The notes under the pieces are model-generated. The model did not search any database. It was not told the origin of the DNA and saw only the letters and a program-made list of their open reading frames with translations. DNA of 64,000 nucleotides, taken from positions 4,340,001-4,404,000 of the forward strand of contig JBHGNT010000006.1 of assembly GCA_043228905.1 (NCBI GenBank). Reading direction: 5' to 3'. Positions 1-10,545 of the stretch are shown here, piece after piece. The stretch comes from Azolla caroliniana (Eukaryota > Plantae > Polypodiophyta). Every line of letters starts with the position of its first letter. Position 1 is the first letter of the stretch. A program made the position numbers and the translations under genes.

Positions 1-2042
1 GATGTTAAAAAGGCATGGAAAGGCGTTTGCATTCCAACCGGAGGAAATAGGGTGTGTGGATCCAGAAATTGTGGAGCCCATGGTTATATTCACTATCCCT
101 CATATTCCATGGAACTTTAAGCCAATACCCATGCCTAGGGCTAGAATCCCTCAACTATTAGAACTTTTGAAAGAAAAGATAAGGATGGGTATCTTGGAAC
201 CATTGAACGCTCCTTACTCGAGTCGATGGTTCACTGTGTTAAAGAAAGATGGGAGACTCCGATTTATCCAAGATATGCAAAGGTTCTTAGTGGTCGACAA
301 AGAAAATATGCACAGGCGAAAAGAGAGCTATGGGGGATAGTAACAGCAGTAAAGACAAACAGAGATTACTTAATTGGTGCTGAAGTAATAATAGAAACAG
401 ATTATTTGCCTATTCTTGGTATCATAGCTAATTGTGATATTCCAGATGGTGTATCTATATTAGATGGTGTATCTATATTAGATCAGTCAACCCTGAAGTT
501 CGACATATTTCTGGGAATAGAAATGGAGTAGCAGATATGTTATCAAGAGCAAGGTATGAGGAAGAGGAGATTCCAAACTCGGACGATGAGGACAAAGAAC
601 AAACAATCCTTACCACAAGCATTACCCGGGAAGGAGGAATGCAGTTTCTAGAAGAGGAGTATGAAGAAGAATTCAAGGAAATAGGGAAATACCTACAAAC
701 CTCTGACATGTACAAAAGTCGATCTAGAAAAGAGTTCGCACAGTTTCGCAAGAAAGGGCCCCATAATTTCTACCTGCATGAAGGATATCTATGGCGACAT
801 CCGAAAACCAAGATTCGAAACCCGCAAAGAGTAATAGGTTCTGAAGGGCAAAGAAAGGAGATAATCAAAGAGCTGCATGACAAAGAATGGGCTGGTCATC
901 GAGGAGTCGGGGCCACTTTCAGTAAGATTAAAGAACAGTTTTGGTGGCCTCGATACTATGAGCAAATAAAAAAGTATGTGGAAACTTGTCCCACCTGTCA
1001 ATATTATTCAAATGTAAAATTTTGTGATGAATTACACCCAACATACTCACCGGGGGTGCATTACAAGTGGATGATAGATTTGGTAACAATGCCACTTGGA
1101 GTAGGACAAAAGAGATACTTGGTTCTTACTAGAGGAGATCTAACAAATCAAGTGGAAGGTCGTTCATTGCGAACAAAAGGGACATTAGGAGTATGTCAAT
1201 TCATCTTGGAGGACATTGTTTGTAGATATGGATGTATCGGGAAGATAGTGGCAGATAGGGGAGAACTCAATTCTCCAGAAGCTCAAGATTTTTTCGACAA
1301 AATAGGAATTCAACTTTCTTTGACAACGGCGTACAATCCAAAAGCTAATTGAAAGGTAGAAAGGGGACATGGGCCAATAGTCAAAGCTTTGCCAAAGGCA
1401 TGTAGAGGACAGGTTAGTGATTGGCCAAAAACCTTACCCTATGCACTATGGGCTGATAGGACAACTCACAACATTGTTACTGGATATATGCCTACAGAAT
1501 TAATCAGAGGACAGAAGCCAATAATGCCAATTGAAGAAAAGATAACTACATGGGTTGTGTTGCCTTGGGAATCAGAAATGAGTAGGGAAGATTTACTTGC
1601 GGTTCGAATACGACTACTTCAATCAAGGACAGAAGACATAGAGAAAGCAGCTACTAGATTGAAAGAGGCAAGAATCAAGAATAAGGACAGATTTGACAAG
1701 CTGAAAAGAATACGACCAAGTAAGGTGCAAGAGGGAGATTGGGTATTAGTATATGATAGTAGCCTAGATAATCAATACAGTACTATTCGGAAGTTTGCAA
1801 AAAGATGGATTGGACCTTATGAAGTTAGGAAAATAACAGATAAAGCCACATATTTCCTCAATGAATTAGATGGGACAGAAATTTGTATCCCAATTGTAGG
1901 GAAAAGGATTAAAATATTTAAAATGAGGGAGTCATTAGAGCCCGAATTTTATGAAGAAGTAGAAGAACTAAAAGAATCGGAAGAAGTGTTGGATGAACTC
2001 TGCACAACCAATGTGCAAGTTCAGAGGGGGTGGGTGTTGTGA
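1..2042 (+). pseudogene. Gypsy pol fragment (RT start, RNase H end, integrase with GPY/F motif), internally deleted
   Basis: ORFs contain YSSRWFTVLKKDG (RT), HHCC zinc finger (H...GHRG...CPTCQ), IVADRGE core and GPYEV. There is an 857-bp deletion at 280/281 relative to the downstream copy and a stop at 1350-1352. Confidence 0.9.
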
Positions 2043-2089
2043 AGAATGTGCTTCACGATATAAAAATGAGCTTAATTGTTGTATTTAAT

Positions 2090-2162
2090 AATATTTGAGA
2101 GACTTGAACCCACATCCTTATATACGAAGTACAATGTACATACCACTAGGCTACGCTATTTA
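2090..2162 (-). ncRNA. tRNA-like Pol III cassette 1 in LTR U3 (anticodon-position TCG)
   Basis: Minus strand reads TAGCCTAGTGG (A-box)...TTGTA-CTTCGTA-TATAA (5-bp stem, 7-nt loop)...GGTTCAAGTC (B-box). No convincing acceptor stem. Copy at ~14047-14118. Confidence 0.6.
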
Positions 2163-2211
2163 TTTGTAAAACTGCGTAATAAATGTGCTTCAAGCTATAT
2201 ATTGTATTAAG

Positions 2212-2284
2212 TAAAATTGAGGGACTTGAACTCTCAACCTTGTATGCCAAACACGAAGTATACACCACTAAGCTAGGTTAGTTA
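2212..2284 (-). ncRNA. tRNA-like Pol III cassette 2 in LTR U3 (anticodon-position TGG)
   Basis: Minus strand reads TAGCTTAGTGG...TCGTG-TTTGGCA-TACAA...GAGAG-TTCAAGT-CCCTC then AATTTT. In the copy at ~14183-14253 the stem is fully paired (TTGTG/TACAA). Confidence 0.6.
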
Positions 2285-2538
2285 TTTTCGAATACATTTC
2301 ATCATTATACTTACTGCATATCTACTCTCATACATGGGAGCTCAAGTGAGCATGATGGCTACCATGCATCACGTGCAATACATGTGTGCCAAATGGCAAT
2401 CATGCATTACATGTAACTCATGCATTGCATGCATGCCATGCTCCCATACATTACCATATGCATGGCAATGGTTATATAAAGAGGCGCAAGGAAAACAAGA
2501 GCTCATCAAGAGAGAGAGAAAATAATACAATCAAGTAG

Positions 2539-2611
2539 AGAAGATTAGCTCATTGGGTGGAGAACCTCTCGTTTCGAAGTTGAGGTCGTGGGTTCAAATC
2601 AAGGGTCGGTA
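2539..2611 (+). ncRNA. tRNA-like Pol III cassette 3 in LTR R/U5 (anticodon-position TCG)
   Basis: TAGCTCATTGGGT(G/A)GAG ... TTTCGAA ... GAGGTCGTGGGTTCAAATC: A-box, variable loop and B-box at tRNA spacing; stems are degenerate. Copy at ~14511-14583. Confidence 0.6.
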
Positions 2612-2932
2612 GAGAATGGGTTCAGTTTGCAATCATGGATTGTAAAGTTGGTAAAATATTGTCTTTTTAATATACATCATGTTTATATCAAATACTCTTG
2701 CTTCTTAAATCATACTTTCTCTCTATCTTGCTTCTTGAATCATATATTGTCTCTATCTTCTATCCATTCTCGTCTCTCTCTCTCTCACACATTACTCATA
2801 ACTCTTCTTCTTGCTATTCTTAACCTTTCTAACATCACCATACAACCCTTATTAAAATTTAAGTTCCTTCAACTCCCCTTAACCTTAGTCCCTGCGACTT
2901 CGCCGCACGAACCACAACTACTCCGACACATT

Positions 2933-2949
2933 TGGTGAACCCGACGTGA
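2933..2949 (+). promoter_or_regulatory. Primer-binding site, tRNA-Trp type
   Basis: TGGTGAACCCGACGTGA lies 4 nt after the LTR end and is complementary to the eukaryotic tRNA-Trp 3' end (..TCACGTCGGGTTCACCA). Confidence 0.8.
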
Positions 2950-2967
2950 AGGTGGCAACAAGGAGAA

Positions 2968-3586
2968 ATGGAGGAGCAAATGAGGCTTATCTATACGATG
3001 GTGGAACAAATGATGCGAGAGGAAGGGATGACGGCAAGCATCGACAAAGCCGTCAACAATATTCTTGCTTGAGTAGGAATCTTCAAAGGTATAAATTTAA
3101 CAAATTTTTTGAAGATTTACAATGAAGAAATGCTTAAACGTGGTGTCGACAAAGCTGCAAAAATTAATAGCTTTAGTCGAATCGCTACGATTGGGCTACA
3201 ATAGAGGATCCAAGAGCTCCAAAGGGAGAATCAAACATGGACAACGTTCGAAAGAGCATTACTCAATGAATACAACCTCAACGATATGTCAAAGATGACA
3301 AGGCGCGCTTTCATGGTTTGGGTAGAATCTAATAAACATTTAAGTGTTTTGGAAGTATTAAAAGAGTTTTCTGAAAGATTTGAGCAACTAAATGTTAGAG
3401 ATAGAAATATAATAGTGCCATATAAAGTAATATTGTTTCTACGAGCTACTAATATTAAAGACAGGAAGGACTTGAGAATGCTTTTAGAATATCATAATAG
3501 TCCAAGTGGACTTACCGAAGACTGGGAGGAGGTGAAAAGGGTGTGCGCCCATTTCTGCAAAAGAAAGTTATGGTTTATGGAGTTGC
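2968..3586 (+). pseudogene. Gypsy gag N-terminal part (in-frame stops), split by a Copia insertion
   Basis: ATG at 2968 just after the PBS; degenerate reading frame that continues at 9050 beyond the Copia TSD GTTGC. Confidence 0.7.
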
Positions 3587-3850
3587 TGTTGAAAAACAGT
3601 GCTCGGCCACAACCGAGGAATAGGATCAACTCACAGAAAACGGGAAATACAAAGTGCACGAGGACAATAGAGAGAAAGGTACACTGGATATTTTACGTGG
3701 AAAACCCTAAATGGGAAAAACCACGGGAGTCCTCAAACTCCAACTATCACTATGAACAGGGATGTACACTGGTGAAGCTACAAGGCAACAACCTTGAGCT
3801 CACTGTCTTCGCCACAGGCGGCGGTAATACACAGAGGCAACGACCTCTTC

Positions 3851-3885
<35 letters not shown>

Positions 3886-4273
3886 CTGCTCTCACTTCGC
3901 ATAAAAATGAGCAACAACAACGACAAAACTGTTTGCCCTAAGTCATATTTATACACATATGACTTTCGGGCTATTTACAAATATAGCCTCAAGGGCTCTT
4001 GGCAAACATATTCACAAATATGTCCCCGCATCCGGATCTCTCTCCGGGTACATTCATCATCCGGCTCCGTAGCCGGGTCTTCGTCATCCGGCTCCGTAGT
4101 CGGGGTCTTCATCATCCGGCTCCGTAGCCGGGTCTTCGTCATCCGGCTCCGTAGCCGGGTCTTCGTCATCCGGCTCCGTAACCGGGGTCTTCATCATCCG
4201 GCTCCGTAACCGCAACCGGGCTTGCCGTCATTCATCTCCGGACATCCCATCCGGAGGGACCGAAATCCCAACA
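3587..4273 (-). repeat. Copia-1 3' LTR with six 27/28-bp tandem units and a (CT)n tract
   Basis: Matches 8389-9044; unit TCRTCATCCGGCTCCGTAGCCGGGTCT at ~4053-4215. Confidence 0.95.
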
Positions 4274-4283
4274 AACTCCCCCT

Positions 4284-7200
4284 TCACTTCGGCATGGGAT
4301 GTCTCTCCAATCCGATCCTCTTCCGGCATGCTTCCAGCTTGTCGGGTGTGAGCACTTTGGTCAGCATATCTGAGCCGTTCTCGTCCGTGTGGATCTTCGT
4401 CAGCACAAACTCCTGGTCTTCTATCCTTTCCCGGATCCAGTGATATCTTCGCTGGATGTGCTTCGTCCGGGAGTGATAGGCCGCGTTCTTCGCAAGGTGG
4501 ATGGCACTCTGACTGTCGCAATAGAGTCGGTACTCCTCCTGCCAGATACCGAGCTCTCTAATGAAGTCCTTCATCCATATCATTTCCTTGCCGGCTTCAA
4601 CAGCCGCCATGTACTCCGCCTCCGTGGTTGACAACGCAACCGTCTTCTGCAGCCTCGACTGCCACGAAACAGCTCCCCCCGCATACGTCATCACATACCC
4701 TGATGTGGACCGGCTGGTATCTGCATCAGCCGACATATCCGAATCGGTAAAGCCGTCGAGTTCGGGCTTACCGGAGCCGAATCGAAGGCACACGTTTGCT
4801 GTGCCCTTCAGGTATCAGAGTATCCACTTGGCCGCGTTCCAATGCTCTTTGCCGGGATTGCTCATGTACCGGCTCACCACTCCGACTGCATATCCTATGT
4901 CCGGTCGGGTACACACCATTGCGTACATCAAGCTCCCGACGGCAGAGGCATATGGTACTTTCATCATGTCCTCCTTCTCAGCCTTTGTCTTGGGGCTTTG
5001 CTTGCTGGACAGCTTGCAGTTTGCCGGGAGTGTTGACCCGACCGGTCTTGCTTCCGACATGTTGAACCGATGAAGCACCTTTGTCACGTACTTCTCTTGT
5101 GACAGCCACAACTGCTTCTTCTTCCGGTCCCGGATGATGTGCATCCCTAGTATTTGCCTCGCCGGACCCAGGTCCTTCATTGAGAAGGTTCGGTGGAGTG
5201 CTTTCTTCAGCATCCGTATCTTGACCTGGTCTCGTCCGACGATCAACATGTCGTCCACGTACAGGAGGAGTATTAGAAAGTCTCCTCCTTCGAACTTCTT
5301 CACAAATGCGCAGTGATCGGACTGCGTTTTGTGGTACCCTTCGTCTGTCATGAAGGAGTCGAACTTCCGGTACCATTGCCGGGGAGCCTGCTTCAGACCG
5401 TAAAGGCTCTTCTTCAACCGGCATACCAGGTGCTCCTTCCCTTTCTTCTCGAATCCTTCCGGTTGCTGCATGTAGATCTCTTCTTCGAGGTCACCGTGAA
5501 GGAATGCCGTCTTCACGTCCATCTGTTCTACCTCGAGGTCCATGCTTGCCGCTATGCTCAGCACCGTCCGGATGGAGGTCATCTTCACTATCGGGGCAAA
5601 TATCTCGTCGAAGTCGACGCCCTTCTTCTGCTGAAACCCCTTCACCACGATCCTGGCTTTGTATCTCGGGGGGTTTCCGGCATCTCCCGGTTTCAGCTTG
5701 AACACCCACTTGTTACGGAGTGCCCGTTTTCCTTTCGGCAACTCCACAAGTTCATATGTGTGGTTCTCATGCAGGGAATCCATCTCCTCCTGCATGGCAC
5801 TTAACCACCTGCGGCTATGGGTGTCATGCTTCGCTTCTTCAAAGCTCTCCGGCTCCCCCTCGTCGGTTAGCAGCACGTGCTCTGGTTCCGGAAATCTCCG
5901 GGGGGCCCTTCTCTCTCTTAAAGGATATCTCCGTTCCGGAGCTTCGGTAACCGGCTCCTCCGTTTCCTCTTCATCCGAATCCATTTCGGGATCGGGGCCG
6001 GTTCCGGTATCTGTTTCATCTTCCTCGGCCGGTTCTGTTTCTTCACCGTCTTCGGCCGGATCCTCGAGTGCTAACCGGTCCCTTGCCGGTCGAGACTGCT
6101 CCTCGTAGAGTTGATTCTCACCGGTCGACTTGGAGCTCTTCATCTTCTTCTCCGACTCCCAGTCGGCGAGTGTCTTGTCCTCCATGAAGATGATATCTCG
6201 ACTCCTGAATATCTTCTTGTCGACCGGGTCCCATACTCGGTAGCCAAACTCGTCGTCGTCGTAACCGAGGAATATGCATGGCCGGGTCTTTGGATCTAGC
6301 TTTCCTCTCCGGTCCTTTGCCACATGCACGTATGCGAGACACCCGAACACCTTCAGGTGCCGGTAGGATACTTCCCTACCGGTCCACACTCTCTGCGGCG
6401 TGTCTCCGTCCAAAGGTACTGAGGGTGATCTGTTTATCACGTATGTCGTCGTCGACATTGCCTCAGCCCAAAACCCCTTGGGCAATTTCGCATGCGCCAG
6501 CATACTCCGGACCCTCTCCATTATGGTCCGGTTCATCCTCTCGGCCAACCCGTTCAGTTCCGGCGTCTTCGGCACAGTAAACTCGAGCCGGATTCCCTTC
6601 GAGCGACAGTACTCCTCGAACTGCCCCCGGTATTCCCCTCCGTTATCCGCTCGTATCGCTTTCAGCTCCTTGCCGGATTCCCTTTCCACTCTTGCGTGGA
6701 GTTCTTTGAAGACGGACAATACTTGGTCCTTTGTCTTCAACGGTGCCGTCCACAGCTTCCGGCTATGGTCATCTATGAATGTTACGAAGTACTGGGCTCC
6801 GCCATGTGACTTCGTTTCTACCTGACACACATCAGTGTGTACCAACTTCAATGGTACACTACGTCTCGTCGGTGGCCTTGAGTGGAAGGAGGTTCGGTTC
6901 TGTTTACCGGCCAGGCAGTCGGTGCACTTCTCCAGGTGCACATGCTTCACTGGAATAAGGTTGTCTTCTGCAAGCCTCTTCATCCCCTTCTCACTCATGT
7001 GACACAGTCTCTTGTGCCACAGCTCACCGGCAGTGTCGGCTGCCACGTTCAGCTCCTCCGGACATAGCCGGGAATTCATCAGGTACAGTGTGTTGACCTT
7101 CCGGGCCCGAGCCACTATAAGGCTCCCTTTGCTGAACTTCATGACACCGTTCCGGATGCTACCCGTGTAGCCTTCATCATCTAGCCTCCCGGCCGAGATC

Positions 7201-8357
7201 AGGTTCAATCGGACCTCCGGAACGTGTCGAACATCCTTCAGCAGCATCTTGCATCCGGTTGATGTCATCAGCCACACGTCTCCTATGCCGGCAATCCGGC
7301 ATGTGCCTTCATTTCCCATCCGGACAAAGCCATGCTCACCGGCTGTGTAGGATGAGAAGTATTTCTTCTCCGGGGTCAGGTGGAACGACGCTCCGGAATC
7401 GACCACCCAGGTCATCTCTACACCGGCAAGATTCAGCTCCCTCTCTTCGGTAATGAGCATTATCTCTTCTTCACTTGCCGCGAGTGCCATCGTTCCTTTC
7501 CGGTCCTGTCCTCGCCGATCCGGACCTCTCCGGTCCGTGGCTCCCCGGTATGCACCGTTTCGTTCCGGTGACTTCTTCGAATCGGTGCCGTCGGCTCCGT
7601 TGTCCTTTCGGTAATGCCGACAATTCTTCCGGAAGTGCCCCGGCTTCCCACAGTGGAAGCATGTGGGTCTTCCTCTTGACTGCGACCGGGTCCCCGACTT
7701 CTCCCGTCTTTGCGGACTCCGGTTCCATTGTCTTCCCCGTTCCGATTCGGTAAGCAGCGCCTTCGAGTCGGAGGCCGGTTCTTTATCTCTCCGACGCGCT
7801 TCTTCGTTCAAAATGCTTGTCTTTACCGTTTGTAGAGACAAGTTATCTTCGGTGCAGGAGGTGCTGAGAGTCACCACCAAGTTCTCCCAGCTTTCCAGCA
7901 ATGTACACATCAGAATGATGGCTTGCATTGCATCCTCCAACGGGAACTTGATCGCCGCAAGCTGGTTCACGAATCCCATGAACGTGCTCACGTGTTCCAC
8001 CATATTCTCGCCGTCCCGGTACTTGAGGTTCACTATCTTCCTCATCAGGGAGGTCCGGTTCAACGCATTCTTCCTCTCATAGAGGCCCGACAGCTTCTTC
8101 CACATCTCATAGGCGTTCGTATCGTTCGCCACATGTTGCAGGACACTTACATCGACATATTGCCGGATCGTCGCTACGGCTTTCCGGTTCAGGAGCTTCC
8201 ACTCCGACTCTATTACCCCCTTGGGTATCTCGGCATTGTCGATCGGTTCGTACAGGTCTCGGACGATGAGAAGGTCCTCCATCTTTATCTTCCAGTCGGC
8301 GTAGTTCTGTGAGTTCAACACCATCATGCCCGGAGGCCCACTACCGCCGCCTTCCAT
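4284..8357 (-). pseudogene. Copia gag-pol polyprotein (gag, CCHC, PR, INT, RT, RNase H) with one premature stop
   Basis: ATG at 8357 (MEGGGSG); motifs CFHCGKPGHFRKNC, WVVDSGAS, HKRLCH/CTDC, LLYVDDML, YCDSQSAI. The only disruption seen is TGA at 4815-4817, which is CGA in the sister element at ~25508. Confidence 0.93.
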
Positions 8358-8388
8358 TTTCTGTGTTACCGTTGCTCTGATACCAGTT

Positions 8389-8652
8389 TGTTGAAAAACA
8401 GTGCTCGGCCACAACCGAGGAATAGGATCAACTCACAGAAAACGGGAAATACAAAGTGCACGAGGACAATAGAGAGAAAGGTACACTGGATATTTTACAT
8501 GGAAAACCCTAAATGGGAAAAACCACGGGAGTCCTCAAACTCCAACTATCACTATGAACAGGGATGTACACTGGTGAAGCTACAAGGCAACAACCTTGAG
8601 CTCACTGTCTTCGCCACAGGCGGCGGTAATACACAGAGGCAACGACCTCTTC

Positions 8653-8683
<31 letters not shown>

Positions 8684-9044
8684 CTGCTCTCACTTCGCAT
8701 AAAAATGAGCAACAACAACGACAAAACTGTTTGCCCTAAGTCATATTTATACACATATGACTTTCGGGCTATTTACAAATATAGCCTCAAGGGCTCTTGG
8801 CAAACATATTCACAAATATGTCCCCGCATCCGGATCTCTCTCCGGGTACATTCATCATCCGGCTCCGTAGCCGGGTCTTCGTCATCCGGCTCCGTAGTCG
8901 GGGTCTTCATCATCCGGCTCCGTAGCCGGGTCTTCGTCATCCGGCTCCGTAACCGGGGTCTTCATCATCTGGCTCCGTAACCGCAACCGGGCTTGCCGTC
9001 ATTCATCTCCGGACATCCCATCCGGAGGGACCGAAATCCCAACA
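8389..9044 (-). repeat. Copia-1 5' LTR (five tandem units)
   Basis: 31 bp shorter than the 3' LTR, equal to one 27-bp unit plus 4 bp of CT repeat. Confidence 0.95.
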
Positions 9045-9049
9045 GTTGC

Positions 9050-10545
9050 CTGACAGAAATGATGAAGAAACGGGGAACGAGTCGAAAGAAAAAAATGTAG
9101 AAGAATTACTCTTACACGAATTGGTGAAAGGCATGAAAGACTTGTCGATCAAAGTGACGAAGCTAAAATCGGGACAAAGCTCAACTTCATCAAGGCAGGA
9201 AGGTGGAATGGTCTGAAGGTGTATGTGGTGTGATAGTATCGACCACCAGAAGAAAGATTGTCAAGAGCATAGGGATGCTCTTAATCATAATAAAATCTAC
9301 TATCAAGATGGCAAGATTCACTCGACAGAGACTGGACAACCACTTCAAGTCAACTTCGGGCGAGGAGGAATGAAAAAGCTAATGGAAGATGCCAAGAGAG
9401 AAACGACTCAAGCGATACAATCCGTGGCAACCTTAGGATTGCTCGTAGAAGACTCATATGGTGGATTTGGCTTTTGGTGAGATGTGATGGATTATGCAAG
9501 AAAAGGGAATGTTCGAGTGGATGAATTAAAAAGAGCGGGAGATGAAATACGAAACTTCACTAGATGGAATGATCCAGTAGACGCGCTATTAGCATTCGCC
9601 CAAGTAAATGCACAAGATGTGCTAGTGGAAGAGAAGCGGAAGAGAGCTGAGGAAGCTGATCCAACAAAGAGACATGAGACACGAGAACAAAAGAGAAGGG
9701 AGATGGAAAAGGGTGCTACTGAGCCGAAGGAAGCTAATAAAGTAAAAGGAAAGACAGGCCCATCTTTCAAGCTTGCCTCAGACATAGAAACAACGATGGA
9801 TATAAAAAGAGGTACTAGAAACAAGAATATTAAATAGTAAGGTAGAATTTACTTTAAGAGAAGTGTTGGGTATAGCAAAGAAAGAATTTCATGAATTTAT
9901 CATAGATATTATTAGAAGGAAGAGACAGGTGACAGAGGAAATTACGGGAGGGTGTGCAGCAACACTCCAAGATTTGTATGGTGGCACCATCAATGCCGCA
10001 AGTGTAAAAAACCAGAATGATGTTGGCGTTCATGAAGGGGATAGGAGTCACTATACAAGGGACTATTGGGCTCGAGCAACAACGGAGGCACCTGCAAAAA
10101 TTGGGGAGCAGCAAATTCCATGTATTGCTTTGATCGATCATGGATCCGAGATTAACATGATGTCATCGAAATTTTTCGCTCGAGGATGGTGGCCGATCAA
10201 CAAGAATCATGGGTGGAAAATAAGAGCTGCCACAAAAACTACGAAGGACCTATTCAGAGCATGTCCTAGTGTGAAGGTAACAATTGGTGATGTCTCCGTG
10301 AATCAAATTTTCTTTGTGCAGGAACGATCAACCTACCTCATCATCCTTGGTCAGCCCTACATCACTGCAGTGAGGATGGAAACAAAGGTTATTGATGATG
10401 GTTTGGCTTTCGCGAGAATCAAGAGTCAAGATGGAAGAAAGACTGTCAAATTCTTAACCGTGAGGCCCAACCATGAAAGAAACAAGGAATGCTTGAGGGA
10501 AAACCAATTCGAGAGATGGATGAAGAGTTTTCCCAGGATTTTTAG
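9050..10545 (+). pseudogene. Gypsy gag C-terminus (CCHC) and aspartic protease
   Basis: CMWCDSIDHQKKDC zinc knuckle at ~9219-9260; ALIDHGSEIN and IILGQPY protease motifs; several stops and frameshifts. Confidence 0.85.

Larger units (their letters stand above)
2035..2928 (+). repeat. Gypsy LTR (middle, shared LTR of the tandem array)
   Basis: TGTTG...CGACA termini, preceded by a PPT and followed by a PBS; aligns end to end with 13991-14896; TATA-like TTATATAAA at ~2472. Confidence 0.92.
3587..9044 (-). mobile_element. Full-length, very young Ty1/Copia LTR retrotransposon (Tnt1/Tork-like)
   Basis: LTRs 8389-9044 (5') and 3587-4273 (3') with TG...CA ends; perfect TSD GTTGC (3582-3586, 9045-9049); PBS TGGTATCAGAGC (tRNA-iMet, 8374-8385); PPT 4274-4287. 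Confidence 0.97.

Noticed and set aside
2090-2611. Calling the LTR cassettes functional tRNA-Arg/Pro genes
   Set aside because: Acceptor stems do not pair and T/D stems have mismatches; reported as tRNA-like only.
3286-4209. 307-aa ORF as a novel protein
   Set aside because: Accidental read-through from Gypsy gag into the antisense Copia LTR, including microsatellite and tandem repeats.
4053-4215. 27-bp repeats here and at ~8852-8985, and 25/39-bp repeats at ~15110-15255, as a CRISPR-like array
   Set aside because: Head-to-tail repeats with no unique spacers, inside eukaryotic LTR U3 regions; no cas genes.
4389-8312. Many antisense or alternate-frame ORFs over Copia-1 (and likewise over Copia-2 and the chromovirus)
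   Set aside because: Expected shadows of a GC-rich coding sequence; no recognisable motifs.
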